This document shows, in pieces, positions 1 to 14,461 of a DNA stretch of 64,000 nt (within the stretch, counting starts at the first letter, position 1; every line of letters begins with the position of its first letter). The stretch is from the NCBI GenBank assembly GCA_951406725.2, contig OX597816.1, positions 67,270,001-67,334,000 of the forward strand, read 5' to 3'. The notes below the pieces were generated by a model. That model did no database searches and was not told where the DNA came from. It saw only the letters and a list, made by a program, of their open reading frames with translations. This DNA is from Octopus vulgaris (lineage: Eukaryota). The position numbers were made by a program, and so were the translations under genes.

Positions 1-3000
1 ATCACACTCGGATGGTACTCTTAGCACTCCGCTAGCACGGATGCCAGTCATGCAGTGCTCTCATCAAATTTGATTTTGATTTCAATTTCACTTGCCTCAA
101 CAGGTCTTTGGAAGCAGAGTTTAGTGGCCACTGAAGGAAAGGTACACATAAGTGGGCTATAAATGATTTGAAGTGGAATTAAGAAGTATAAAAATCATTA
201 TCATAAGTCAATATAGAAAGTCATACAGCAATGATGAAACCATTATGACTTTGTAATATTAACTCATGATAATAATTTTTATACTTCTTAATTTCACTTC
301 AAATCATTTGCACGTATATATCTTTGTTTTTATTTTTAAAAAGTCATTATTTTTATACCTAGGGCACATTTTCTTTGTTTCTTTTTACTTTTCCCTATTT
401 ATACCACGTGTAATCTTTTTTCTTTGAAACCTGTTTCTATTATATATATATATATAATGGCTAATTCAGAGGAGGGAATTATTCTGGTCCAAAATACTTG
501 CAGCCAGGGGAACTCTGCAAATGATATCCAAGAACCAGGTGGCAGAACCATCTTAGCATTATACGCCCTTGATCAGACTGCCAGATACATAAATCAGAAA
601 CACCTAATCTAATAGGAAAGTTCTACTAGGTGGTGGTGAAAAACTAGATATCAGAACAGAAATCAGGATAAATAATAAAGTGCCAGCAGCCGTTCAAGTT
701 AAGGAGTCAGTGACTTGCATCTTACCATTAATCACTATCTATGGACAAAACAACTTTCATTGATTCAGTCTACCCAAAGGTACATAAGTTCAAGAGAAGA
801 TTATATCATTTGCAACCAAAATGTAGTAGAAGCTAACTGACAAGTATTTTGTTAACATGGGTGCCTGGGTCAGATTGTTTGCCATAACACTGGAGTAGAG
901 AGCAAGGTAGCACTAGACTATTTTTCTCAAGCCATCCTGAAGTCACCATGATAAAACCTATTGTTCCATGTATTCCATGCTTCAACCCGGACATGCAGTA
1001 ATAAATTATATGTGACAGTCTGAATAAATTGTACTCATACTTTTTTCCTCCCCGTTCTACACTGTATACCACAAGAAAATGGAGTTGATGTTTAGTGCAG
1101 GTTTAAGAGAGATTGGGACTGTAGAAGCAAGTCTCAAACACTGATTCAAAGAAAAAGTTTGCATGGGAATGGAACAAAGATAAAAGAGTTTTGTTTGACT
1201 TACTTTAAAATTCTGGATGGAAATAAAGAAAAAAAAACTATGTTACTTTAAGATTTAATCTAGACTGGTTTTCCATTCATCCATTTAGAAGCAAAAAAAA
1301 CTGAAACAAAAACTTCAAGCTGGGAAGAACCACATAGGTGTGGTGATGAGAACTGTCAGAAACAATACAATGAAAGTCACCTTCAAAAAAAAAAAGAGAG
1401 AGAGAGAGAGAGCTTGTTATTGATAACTGAATATTTAATTTGTTCATTCAAAATCCAGAACATTCGGTGGATGTTATGCTCTTTCAATGGTGTGGTGACT
1501 CTGTCTCCAGTTTCTTCTACTTACTGTTCCTCCTCTCACCTTTACTTTTTGTCTTGTTTAAGGCACTGATTATTTATGTTTTGGCTTGGCAAATCTTAGC
1601 ACTCACTTATTGGATTTCAGACTTTCAGCCTCTCTGTCCATTTCAGTTTCTTCCCTTGCACTTTCCTACAACTCAAGAACAACATCACTCTTCTCACTCT
1701 TTTTCACTTTTGAGTAAAAAGCAATGGCCTCAAAAATTAAATCCTACACTCTACAGAGAGATTGTAATTATTGAACTTTCTTATTCAATTAGGTGTTTCA
1801 TTGTATTTTGGAAGGGTTGTTATGCCAATAAAAAAACACACACTGGTTCTGTTTCACATGCAGCCTTTCCTTTACATGCTCCACATAATCAGAGCCTGTC
1901 CCCTCATGTCTCTACACTGTACCTTTCCATAATTGTTTTTTGTAGTTCATTTTATTAGTAATTTGGTTAACCATTTAACCAATTAACAAACTGGTTTCTT
2001 GATTAATTATTTAGTCAATCCCCCAATCAGCTAGCTCTGTCAAAGCCCTTTTGCCCCCCCCCTCCAAGTAACAAAACTGCAACTGTTTCTGAGAAACCAT
2101 TTCTTTATTTCTCAGTTCTTCAGGCAAACACCAAAGTTAGGCAATGTTTGAACTTGTACTTAAACAGATAACTGCTTAGGAAACCAAGTGTTGTAAATAA
2201 TTTTGATTCTTGTATTGACTGCAAGACTTGATTGGTCCTTCATTTCATGAAAACTTGGAAACATAAAAGGTAAATTGAAACTCAGAACACAAGGAATTAG
2301 AACAAATACAGCAAGGTATTTTATTCTGCCGATCCAATGCTTCTTTACTGCTCTGATAATAATTTTGCAGTTGAGTTGCTAAGGCTCAATCATGCATACA
2401 ATAAAATTTACGCTAAGTATTACAAAACCATTGGGACGAACAAAGCAAAAGTTATATAAAAACAAGTAGAGGGGTAAAGAAGCATGTTAATATTTCTTTA
2501 ACTACACAAAATAATTAAATGAATATATAAACAAAGACATTTTAAAGAAAATTCACAACCTACAAGGTTAGATCAGGTCTCTCCACAATTCTGATAATCT
2601 TCCTTGTCTCCCACCCCCTCCCTATCTCACTCAGGTACAGTGTATAATCTGTCCTGAAAGTGTCCATGAATAATTCAGATCTCAAAGTGGGCAAGAAAGG
2701 GCCCATATATTCTTTGTGATTTAGTTACAGATTTGCATCATACTCAAAAAGTGTTTTTCACATGCAGCCTTTCCTTTGCATGCACCACATAATCAGAGCC
2801 TGTCCATTCGTGTCTGCACACTGTATCTTTCCATAATTGTTTTTTGTAGTTCATTTAAATCATCCATTTCTAATACTTTGTTTAATATATGATGTACTGT
2901 GAAAAACAACCATAAACCTGCAGGATGAGATCCACTTAAGACAATTTGAGAAGTTGGTTAGTTTCTTACTATTGTGATAAATGTAGTTTAACTATTATAT

Positions 3001-5357
3001 TTTTGGATGTTGTGTATTATAGTATTATTATTCTAATCATCCTCTTAACATCGATGGGCTGGCCAGATCTATAACAGAACATATTGCAAATTAATCTCAG
3101 TTCCATGTCATTTTATTTACGAGACCCAAATTCCTCATATCTAACTTAACCATTTTGCCTTACAACTTGCTTAGTCGTTTTTCTTCTGCCAGTGGTGCCT
3201 TCCACTCTTAATACATAGTACTACACACATCAATACTTTTATACACTCCACTTGAATGAGCTACTAAAAATACAAAAAAAAAACAACTCTACATGGTTGC
3301 TTGACATACCTAAATCATACGATTTCATCTTAAATATGGAAAACATTGGATAATGTAGTTCTAGTTATACCGCAGACAAGAATATCACTGCTGAAATATG
3401 TCTAATCAGAGACCACCTCAATTGGGGATGACCGGACACTAAACAATGACTTAATCTGAGATGATGTTTTTAAATGACCAATTGCTCTCTCATACTTGTA
3501 TTCCACCTTTCATCCATGGTAATACAATATATTTAATAGTGTACTTGACTAGTTTCATTTCAGCTTCCATAGACCTAGATTTACAGAATATATTACATTT
3601 GATCATTTTGCAATTAATATACAAACTTCATACAGTAAAGCATCTACATAGAGTCAGGTTCTTAGAAATTCTCATAATAAACTGAATATATGAAAATAAA
3701 ATATTTTAAAACGATGTTTGCCATCAAATTACAAACAAAGAAGCAGAGTGGAGATAAAAGTGCAATTAAAATATATCTGGATTAATGGAAATATATCAAG
3801 GCAAGAAAAGTAAACTACCTGAAGCTATAATCCTACATTGATCTTTGATACAACACTATACATAATATGTTCAAGTATCATTGATACATCATGATAAACT
3901 GAATAATTAACCAGTGTGTGTTCAACTGTGATAAGTTAGCCTAAAATAAATAATTTTCATTCAATTAGCCAACTGATAATTAGTAATCAAATTTCATGGT
4001 GAACTAACATGGGTAGTTGTGTATAAATTTTACTTAGTTTAAAATTGTTCAGTCAGGTATAGAAGTAAAATACAACAAAGAAAAAAAAAATGATAAATTG
4101 CAAGTTTGCAGATTTCTCAGCTGATAGCAATTTAAGCTGAAAAAGATCATTAGACAAACTTTGAGAAGACTAAAATTTGCTAGCTATTTCTAGCAACACC
4201 CTTACTCTAAGTAGGTAAAACAGGTTGAATACCTCAGTCATATAACTGGTTACTCTTTTGAATTGCTCAAATAAAGCTACAGAGTTGTAGTGTATTGGAG
4301 GAGTTTTTTAAAAGACAACTATCACGACCTGATAATGGTCTAGCAAGATGCTAGAGACAGTGAAGCTGCTGACTTTGTCATGGATAATAGTAAAAGCAGA
4401 CTGATCAATTGGCGAGTGTACAGCATCTCTTACATTGTGGACTGTCCCATATGGAAACTGAACAGAATATAGAAGAAGAAACCTAAGATAAACCCCCAGT
4501 GAGCATGCACGGTAAACTACTTTTTGAAAATTGATCAGCTATTTGAAATATAAGAGTAACAGTAGAAGCGAATCACTTGAAAAAAATATCTATTATTCAG
4601 AAGTAATTGACTCAACTAATATAGTATAAGTATATGAAGAAAGATATACAAGGTTTCCCTAATTGCAGTCAAGTCTCTCCATATTGTACTCTTCCTTGTT
4701 TTGTAAAATAGAAGGATGCAAAATTGAACAAGAATAGTGATGGAACAAGAGAACTATTCATAAACTATGGAATATTACATATAAGTTGGTAAATTTAATT
4801 AATTGCAATTTTTAAAGCTAGCAAGTTAAAAATTATTTTACAGGCTAACATATATATAGATTAGATATATTATATTATATATTAGAAAAAAAGTGTTCAA
4901 GGAGAAAACACATGGAGAGGGATACATATACGAATTACATGTGATTTACATCTATGTTATATATTTAATGTTTCAATTATATACAGATAATAAAAGTACA
5001 CAGATTTCATATATGTATACATGTGATTACATGTATGCTCCATGTATTAAATTACTAAATGATCAATAATTATTATCAAATTTTTAATTAAATCAATACT
5101 AAGTACATACTTATGTAAGTGTGTGTGTATATATATATATATATATATTATTCTTTTATTCGTTTCAGTCATTTGACTGCGTCCATGCTGGAACACCACC
5201 TTTAGTTGAACAATTCAACCCCAGGACTTATTCTTTGTAAGCCTAGTATTTATTTCATCAGTGTCTTTTGCCAAACCACTAGGTTACAGGGATGTAAACA
5301 CACTAACACCGGTTGTCAAGCGATGGTGGGGGGGGGGGCAAACACAGACACACAAAT

Positions 5358-5426
<69 letters not shown>

Positions 5427-5482
5427 GCTTCTTTCAGTTTCCGTCTGCCAAATCCACTCACAAGGCTTTATATATTATATAG

Positions 5483-5513
<31 letters not shown>

Positions 5514-5720
5514 CTCAAATTGAAAGAGTAATATTTAGAATGATAGATTACATGATTATTGGAACACCACTTTATATATCTCCTACAATGAGAAGGTGAG
5601 TTAGCTTTCAAAACAGCACTATTCTGAATAAACATCTTGAAGTGGTAACTGAAATTATGGATGTTCCTGTGAAGACTATGTAACATTTTTTGAAAGAGAA
5701 ATTCTATTTGAAGCTGTTCA

Positions 5721-6098
5721 TCATAAACTTTCATACAGTTCCATTTCTTTAATTTTATCATCTATGTTTACGAAATATTTCAACTTCATCAGAACCTCTT
5801 TGGCACCAACTAAGTCCTTTTGACGGAATGCTTCAGATAAAATCTCATAGCACTGGTTCAAATTCCGTATATTAAGGTCTTCGATAATCCGAAGTTCTTC
5901 AACATTAATTACATTCTCCAAATCTTCATTGGTTCTCATGATATTGGATAAGAAATCAAAGTCATCACATTGTGTGGTTTCATCTAGAGAACACCCATTT
6001 ATGTCCAACAAATACTGACCACGAGATAATGGCTTGAGCAAAGTGGTATATGCAAGATTGACCAGGGAAGACTGTTCAGCTGAAAATGTTCTTTCCAT
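5721..6098 (-). CDS. HSCB: HSCB coding exon 2 (125 codons + TGA; end of J-domain and C-terminal domain)
   Basis: Acceptor ttattctctttcAG|ATGGAA, phase 0. SSLVNLAYTTLLKPLSRGQYLL, FLSNIMRTNEDL and KLKYFVNIDDKIK match remembered HscB motifs. TGA followed by a second TGA. Confidence 0.95.
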   Translation of the reverse strand: MERTFSAEQSSLVNLAYTTLLKPLSRGQYLLDINGCSLDETTQCDDFDFLSNIMRTNEDLENVINVEELRIIEDLNIRNLNQCYEILSEAFRQKDLVGAKEVLMKLKYFVNIDDKIKEMELYESL

Positions 6099-7050
6099 CT
6101 GAAAGAGAATAACACAGACATTAATATTAGTTAAAACGAGAGAGGGAGAGGCAGTATTTTATGTTTTTTTTAAGGGGTTCCAGGATTAATAGTTGGGAAA
6201 GAAGACAGAAATTGCAATTCCAGGTTGATCAGGGACAAAATTCTAATGCTTACAGAAAGGATTCTACCAAAGGCCAGCAAGGCCAGGCAGTAATACTTAA
6301 CCACACAAAGGATAAAGTTTATTATGAAAATAATAATGAAATTATTGTATACAGTGCTCAGGTGCACCACAACTTGTCAAAAGTGCATATAAAGTATGTG
6401 CAGTAATGTACAAATGTCTGGAAAGTGAACAGTGTATGAGTCAGATACATGCTTGCGTGTGTATGGAGGGGAGAAAATCAGGTGTAGTGTTGGCGTATCT
6501 CAGGAAGCATGGAAGTTTTGAAGGATGCAGTATATTCACATCATTCATAAATAAGTTTATATCAAATACTTAGCTTGCTGTATCGTTTTGGCAATGACGA
6601 TTCCTGTTTATAATTATAAACACCAATTTGAGACAGAAAAGGAACAGGTCTTCTGACAAGTCAAAAATGATGTACCAACACTTGCCAAACAGTTACTCTT
6701 TTACTTGTTTCAGTCATTTGACTGCGGCCATGCTGGAGCACCGCCTTTAGTCGAGCAAATCGACCCCGGGACTTATTCTTTGTAAGCCCAGTACTTATTC
6801 TATCGGTCTCTTTTGCCGAACCGCTACAACGTGGATTACTGTTTCAGCTCAGATAAATAGGTTATATAAGGAATCTGACAAAATATATGATAGAAAGGAG
6901 TTATTTTTGAAACTTCATTTCACCAAAACTTTCATTTTCTGTTTCCTGTCTAATATACTTCACACCTAAATATTTATTTATAATTTACCAAGTTAAGGCC
7001 GCACGCTTGTAGAATCGTTAGCACGCAGAGAAAAATGTTTAACGGTGTTA

Positions 7051-7690
7051 GGGCAGCGAGCTGGCAGAAACGTTAGCGTGCCGGGCGAAATGCTTAGCGG
7101 TATTTTGTCTGCCGCTACGTTCTGAGTTCAAATTCCGCCGGGGTCGACTTTGCCTTTCATCCTTTTGGGGTCGATTAAATAAGTACTAGTTACGCACTGG
7201 GGTTGATATAATCGACTTAATCCGTTTCTCTGTCCTTGTTTGTCTTTTCTGTCTTTAGCACCTTGTGCGTAGTAAAGAAATAGATATTTCGTCTGTCGTT
7301 ACGTTCTGAGTTTAAATTCCGCCAAGGTTGACTTTGCCTTTCATCCTTTCAGGGTCGATTAAATGAGTACCAGTTACGCACTGGGGTCGATATAATCGAC
7401 TTAATCCGTTTCTCTGTCCTTGTTTGTCCCCTCTGTCTTTAGCTCCTTGTGGGTAGTAAAGAAATAGGTATTTCGTCTGCCATTACGTTCTGAGTTCAAA
7501 TTCCGCCAAGGTCGACTTTGCCTTTCATCCTTTCGGGGTCGATTAAATAAGTACCAGTTACGCACTGGGTCGATATAATCGACTAAATCTGTTTGTCCCT
7601 TCTTTGTTTAGCCCCTTGTGGGTAGTAAAGAAATAGGTGTTACGTTCGTCTTTGTGTTCAGAGTTCAAATTCCACCGAGGTCGACTTTGT
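7051..7690 (+). mobile_element. SINE family B, head-to-tail multimer. Single copies near 13455-13684, 22225-22412, 38903-39133, 39543-39770, 58592-58826, 59940-60150, 63218-63445
   Basis: Head ggcgagctggcagaaacgttagc; B-box-like gagttcaaattcc; core gcctttcatcctttcggggtcgat...aagtaccag. The 58592 copy has a 12-bp target duplication GTATCAAAAGAG. Confidence 0.85.
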
Positions 7691-8071
7691 CATAGTCGCT
7701 GACCATCTACAATAGGCAAGACTTGTCTCCCTTATATTCATTGATATCAGTTTAAAAGTAACAGCTCATAATAATACAAAATTACGTTAATATAAATCAA
7801 ACCATTTCGCGCACAACGAAATGGTCGGCTACTTAGTTTTGTTTTTAAAAATCAATGCAATACTCAACTGGTACTTAAAGTCTTTTTGGGAATTAGAGTA
7901 ATATAGTCCTAGAGACACTACTCCAGAAAATAAATGTATAGTTTCTACCTATCCAAACTTCAATAACAAGGTATTGATCAACCAACGTTGCTATTGCAAA
8001 AGAAGAATCTCACAGTGGGGGATGAACCAGGAACTACAAAGTTACAAAATGAACTTCTTAATCACACAACC

Positions 8072-8457
8072 ATACTCTTTTGCTTGTTTCAGTCACGTGA
8101 CTGTGGCCATGCTGGAGCACCGCCTTTAGTTGAGCAAATTGACCCCACGACTTATTCTTTGTAAGCCCAGTACTTATTCTATCGGTCTCCTTTGCCGAAC
8201 CGCTAAGTTACGGGGACGTAAACACAACGGTTGTCAAGCGATGTTGGGGGGGGGGGGCAAACACACACACACACACACATATATACATAAATATGACAGG
8301 CTTCTTTCAGTTTCCGTCAACCAAATCCACTCACAAGGCTTTGGTCAGCCCGAGGCTATAGTAGAAGACACTTGCCCAAGGTGCCACGCAGTGGGACTGA
8401 ACCCGGAACCATGTGGTTGGTAAGCAAGCTACTTACCACACAGCCACTCCTGTGCCT
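8072..8457 (-). mobile_element. tRNA-derived SINE family A, full-length example. Other copies near 5147-5468, 6694-6826, 10335-10760, 30222-30495, 30910-31292, 37305-37900, 40712-41050, 54631-55012, 62192-62375
   Basis: Minus-strand head has A-box TGGCTGTGTGG and B-box GGTTCAGTCCC; internal (TA)n/(CA)n; about ten similar copies in the window. Confidence 0.85.
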
Positions 8458-10475
8458 ATTGGAATCCATTTTCATATCTGCAGCCATTTCACTAACTTTG
8501 CTTAATTTTTTTTGCTGGATCAAGTTGTGCACAGTACTGAGCTGGTACTAACCATGTTGCTGTGATTTGACAAGAGGCCAAGAATATTACCAACGTCAGT
8601 GGCATGAAAAATAAGCACTCAAGCCAAAGATGACACGGGAGCTTCATACATCCTTGCACCTAGTTAGATTTTGTTGAACTGTCCAACCCCTGCCAGCATG
8701 GAAAACAAACGTTAAATGATGATGATGATGATAAGGAGGAGGAAACCAAAGACAGAAGTTACTTGTGATGGTTTTGCCTAAGCAAATTCACATTGCACAT
8801 TACAGATTATCACAGTGACAGTCAAGCAATTGTCACTGACCCATGGCAGAGTGAACTATTGATGTTACTGTGAAAATTATCAGATTCCAATTTCTGTGTT
8901 GGTTTTTGTTTATTGTGAGAATCCCTCTTTGGAAGGGCTTGGTGCAGCTACACAGTTTGCAACATGGTAAAAAAAAAAAAGAAAAGAAAAGATATAAAGC
9001 TTTATAGTGCCCCAAGAATGTGCTTATTTTCCTTACTGGTAATCCAGGACTAATGTGATCTCACAAGAACATTTTGCCTGGTACTGCATTATTTATCTCC
9101 TCCACCTCATACAATAGCAATTAGGGACAATGTATTGTAGATGAGGTGTCTTTTCAAGGGCTGTGAAGTCTGAGTCTGTACAATTTTTACAAATACCAAC
9201 TAAATGTAAACTGTAATATACTGTATTAAAATTTTCGGTGCTACTTTGGCATGTGATCTACAAGGAAGATTACTTTAGATTACTTTTTAGCTTACTTTTC
9301 AATTTCTAAAAGCCCATAAGATGTTGGCTAAACATTTTTACGATGTGACCAGTGATGAGATGAAGGCAGTTGCATTTTTACAAAGAACCAACACTAAATT
9401 CACATCATTTCTTAAGACAAAGAAAGGTGATCTACAATTTAGGTTACTTTTTAGTTTACCTTGTGTTAGTGCTACTTTCCATGTGATCTACATAAGCAAA
9501 TTTACTTTGGTGAGTGATCTATGCATTAATTTTAATCATTATATGGTTTTCTTATTAAAATAGTAAGAATTTTGAAAAAACACATTTACAATGCTAAGTT
9601 TGTACAAAATGATTTTAAAAGCAATCTAAAGTTATCTCCCTTGCAGATCATACGCCAAAGTAGCACCAACATAACATTGCTAGGTCAAATGGAAAGGCAA
9701 TCTGCATATCACAATTTCTCAGTAGTTAGTTTGATTAATAAATTACTGATGAGTTATCAATACTTTATTACAATGCTTTTCTATATGACTGTTATAATGT
9801 GAATCCTCGTCCACTTGTATGTTATTGTCAGCACTGTAATATTCTTATCACCACTATTATGTTGTGGCGGTATTCCGTGTCTTATTATCTTTGACTCGTC
9901 TATCATGCTATTGCTGTTAGCTCCACAAGACAGAGACTTGAAACGTCTACCTTGACAGTAACTCGAACTAGTATATATCACGTAACTGATACTAACTCCA
10001 ACTCATAAAACAACTCTACCACTACTAAACCAACTGACTTTATAGTGACTTTGTCACATTGGAAGAGGTGTACCATTTCACTACAACTACAGAATATAGT
10101 TATAGATTTTAGCCAACATTATATGTAATAAAATAGATATAAATACCTTGTTTTTACACACACACACACACACACATATACAAAACAATAATAGTGTTGT
10201 AGTAACTGGGTAGAGGTTAAAAGCAATGTCTGCGGACAGTTAAGGAGAATATTCAGTTATTGATAAAATCCCAACATGGAACTGGAACTAGTTCAGCTGA
10301 TCCCTTTTTATATATCTTTAAAAAAATATTGATGCGGCTGGGTAATAAGAAGTTTGTTTCCCGACTACATAGTTCTGGGTTCAGTCTTCTACTGTAGCCC
10401 CAGAATTTGGGTGAAATGGGTAGATGGAAAACGAAAGAAGCCCGTCGTGTATGTGTACATACATATATATATATA

Positions 10476-10615
10476 TTTCCTGGTGAAGGCCGGTTTATGG
10501 GGTTAAAGAGGTCATAGGCCAAACAGGTCTTGGAGTTTGACGATACGCTATATAGTTAAACCTTTTATGGAAGGAAAACGTACAGTAACCCCATAAACTG
10601 GCCTTCACCAAGAAA
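10476..10615. mobile_element. Small MITE-like inverted repeat inserted in the (TA)n tract of a SINE
   Basis: tttcctggtgaaggccggtttatggggtta / taaccccataaactggccttcaccaagaaa. Confidence 0.6.
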
Positions 10616-11547
10616 AAAATATAGACTGCTCTACTTACAGTGTGCTTCTCCGGATTTATGTATTTCTAAAAACGATTTATATGTATATATATATATAATG
10701 TGTGTGTGTATGCCTGTCTGTCTCCCACCACCGATCGACAGTATTGGTGCGTGTTTCGCACACATACAGACACACATCAGATATACCTACAAAATGAAAC
10801 TAGACATTTCTGAAAAAAAAAAAAAAAATGTGATGTCAGTACGTGACCTGGCGCTCACTCACCACCCACAAAACCGACCCCGCTCCGTCATCGAAAACAC
10901 GGGAATCTGGTAAAAAAAAAAAATCGGAAAGGTCGGGTAAGGGTTGACTGTGCGCCAGGTGAGCCCAATTTTATTTTGCACATAAAATTCCAATATATAA
11001 GTCATCTACACCATCTGAAAGATATTTGAAGAAAATTTCATTAAAAAATACCCTTTTTCCTGAGAGTTATGAGAAAACAAATCCGACTCATGTGAATTTT
11101 CCGAAACTCATCGGAAAACATTTTCTCAACAAATTCGATATAATCGTCATCTACACCACCTGAAGCATATTTGTAGGAAATTTCATAAGTTATCCATTTC
11201 CTGGATGTTACGAGGAAAACAAAGTCGGGGCATGCTTGTGTAAGTATGCCTTAATAAACATTTAATAGCTGTCCACATCTAAGATTCTGAACCGGAGCTC
11301 GATCGCTACTGCCCATAAACTTATTACTATTTTAGGGTGATAATCAAAACAGCAGAACATTAAAAAATGCAGTCTCGAGAAAGTTCATAATCTTTGATCA
11401 TTTAATTACAATACTAGTTATAAAACAACGTCAGTAATTTTTCCATCCTGTTCGGAAGTGTTTAACACATGGAGACATTTCTGAATTACGTAACAACAAC
11501 AAAAGTAAACAAACGAATGAATAAATCTCAAAGAAGCTCAATAATAC

Positions 11548-12030
11548 CTCTGATTTTTGACTGAACTTGTCAGGGTGAAGGATTCTTTGCAAATCTTTAT
11601 ATCGTCGTGTCAGTATATCACTATCGATTTCAAAACCTTCCTCGAGTCCTAGTAATTTAAAATATGTGAGGTTCTTGGAAGGCGAAAGAATAGCACCGCA
11701 AAAGCAGAAGAAAATATCTTTGTTTGGACTTCTAGTTTTATGACATTTCCAGCATTGTGTGTTGTAATTGATGGGTGTTTGGTTGCTGAGTAATTTCTTT
11801 TGAATTATCCCCGTTTCGATTAATGCTGGAGGAGTCGCCAGGGACACACGCAATGTCAATGCTTCACATGTGTTCCACTTTTTAACAAACGAAGACCAGC
11901 ATTTCTTTCCGTTGTTATTTGTGAATAATAACAAAGCTGGGAATCTTCTTGCTTTCCTGTGACACTGGATAACATATCTATATAACATAGTAGTTAAGGT
12001 AGGAACAGTGGAAGTTGTGCGGACGGACAT
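11548..12030 (-). CDS. HSCB: HSCB/Hsc20 Fe-S cluster co-chaperone, coding exon 1 (161 codons: presequence, Cys motif, J-domain)
   Basis: ATG at 12030; basic, Ser/Thr-rich N-terminus typical of a mitochondrial presequence; CWKC...FFCFC motif; J-domain YFKLLGL...RYKDLQRILHPDKFSQKSE with HPD; donor GAG|GTATTA after 11548, phase 0. Confidence 0.95.
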
Positions 12031-14461
12031 TCTTTTAAGAAAGTCAGTAATGAGTTGCTTCTAAAACTTGAAATGTGCTTCGCACGTGTAATATCGTTGC
12101 GAATAGAATGAGACGAAGATTGAATAAATTTTTATTTATTATTATTTAAAAAATCATATTTTGAAATTCACATAATTAAATAAGGTTGTTCAGATTAATT
12201 ATAAATTTATTTTAAAAACAAGTTACATATAATTCATTGTATAGCTTCGAATTTGAAAGTGAAAACACGTGAACACTTGTTCAACTACGTCAATTTAATT
12301 ATATATTAAATAATTGGATAACGTTAGAAGTTACAAGTTACGATTCCAAATGTCTTCGTAAATTATATTCCTCTCTCTCGTCAACCATTTCCAGATATAT
12401 ATTATTTTACTGAAATAAAGTAAAACTGGACTAATCACTTGAAGTTATATGACAGATTTTTTATTTATTTTTAATATTTACAAGCACGAAAAGTACTTCT
12501 GGACGATCGATAAATTCCTGCTTGCTAAGCCGGTGAAATAGGTTCGATTCTAGGTTGAGGCTATTTCACTTCACTTGTATTACTAACGACCTTGTAAGAG
12601 GTACAAACGTCCCACCTTCCTGTCCTGTTTATTCTAGAATACTGGGAATTTGTTTATTTTTAAACGGAAACAAGAAGAGAAAAGCATTAAGTTTTTGTCT
12701 TGCCCACCAAGTGGATTATAAAAGAATAGTGATGACAGAAGTAATAACTGTTCCAAAAATAGGAAGAAACCCAGACATTTGAGAGGAAACTTTAATAAAT
12801 ATATATGAAATAAATAAATAACCCCAATTACGAAACGTGGAGAGAGAACACATATGGGGATGTGGTTGTTCATAAATTTTTCTTTTTTTTCATCGTAGAA
12901 AAATATATTTCGAATGAAATTTCCGTTGTTCTTTGTGCAGTTTTTCAGTATCTGGTACAAATTTGAAGTGATTTCCGATCTTTTCTAAAAGATGGCCAGA
13001 ATTTTCTACTTAACTAAATAATTTGAAACTTCGTATACTGGTAGAATGTGTCAAAAGAAAACATTAATTTCTATTAGTTTTTTGGAGAAAAATGTATTTT
13101 CTAACTTTTACGTAGTTTAATTCTTCGAATTTTAACCAATCGTATTCTCTGTTTTGACCTCAATTCATTTACTTTCTACAATAAGCACAAAGCCTGAAAT
13201 TGTTAGATTGGGAGCTAATCAATTACATCATCCTCAGTTTTCAACTGGTAATTATTTTATTGACCCTGTAGCGATGCTATGTCCATATTTCGGCTGTTTC
13301 ACGTTAAATAGTCCTAATATGGCTCTTACAGGAATTTTGTCTGCAAGTGGTCACATGACCATACCTGTGCGTGCCAATTAATCAAACCTTTCTGCACCAC
13401 AGCCAAAATTATATCCTGTCTGAAGCTACCCGATGGCTATAAAAATAAAGGATTGCGGCGAGCTGGCAGAAACGTTAGCACGTCGGGCGAAATGCGTAGC
13501 CGTATATCGTCTGCCGTTACGTTCTGAGTTCAAATTCCACCAAGGTCGACTTTGCCTTTCAACCTTCCGGGGTCGATAAATTAAGTACCAGTTACGCACT
13601 GGGGTCGATGTAAACGACTTAATCCGTTTGTCTGTCCTTGTTTGTCCCCTCTGTGTTTAACCCCTTGTGGGTAGTAAAGAAATATATAAAAATAAAGAAT
13701 TGCTTTTGAGATTTCAGTGAAGATATTTTTGTCATTATGTTTTTGTGTTTTCCCGTGTAAATCTTCATCTTCAAGAAGCACAAGGAACCTATGTATTTTA
13801 ATTAACAGAAGTATCCATGTACACCAGTTGCTATATTTTCTTTTAGCGGCGAGATAACTGGCAGTCAACTTGTCTTTGTATTTCTTGATGTTCTTTATCA
13901 TGAATCTTATTAAACCAGAAGATTATAATAATACCAAAGCCTTAGCCACATGCATCTTTTCTACCTCGCTAAAAACCCCTAAAAGATAAAAAGCAAAGTA
14001 AACCTCGACGGCATTTGAACTCAGAGCATGAAGACGGACGAAATGCCGCTAAGCATTTAATCCGGCACTAACGACTTAGGAATAGAAATAGAATTATTTT
14101 TAACGATCTCAACACGCGCACACACACACACAAAATGATCAGAGAATTATCATCAGTTAATTTTTTGAAGTACGAAATGTTTTTGCTTTTTTCGTGTGTG
14201 TGTGTGTGTATGTGTGTGTGTGTGTGTGTGTGTGCGTGCGCGCGTGTGGATTAGATCTAATGTGTTGCCTTTGATGCATGTTAATTTATTGATAGGTTAA
14301 CAACGACAAAAATTCTCTTGATTTCTGTTCTTCGTGGTTGTTCCGATCATGTCACTCCAGTTGAAAGTCGGAAGATTGAAATTTCCCCAGAATACAGTCT
14401 CCAAAAGAAATAGATTTAGCATAAAACTCAGTTTACGAGTTAATTAAAAGATAGAGATCTA

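Noticed and set aside
1440-1958. 172-aa hydrophobic ORF
   Set aside because: Non-ATG start, T-rich low complexity, no motif, and it overlaps a local repeat.
9790-10090. Possible solo LTR (also near 23886-24090)
   Set aside because: No clear terminal inverted repeat or target duplication could be fixed.
12500-12565. B-box-like GGTTCGATTC (another on minus near 18185-18197) suggesting tRNA genes
   Set aside because: No cloverleaf or acceptor stem could be built; probably decayed SINE heads.
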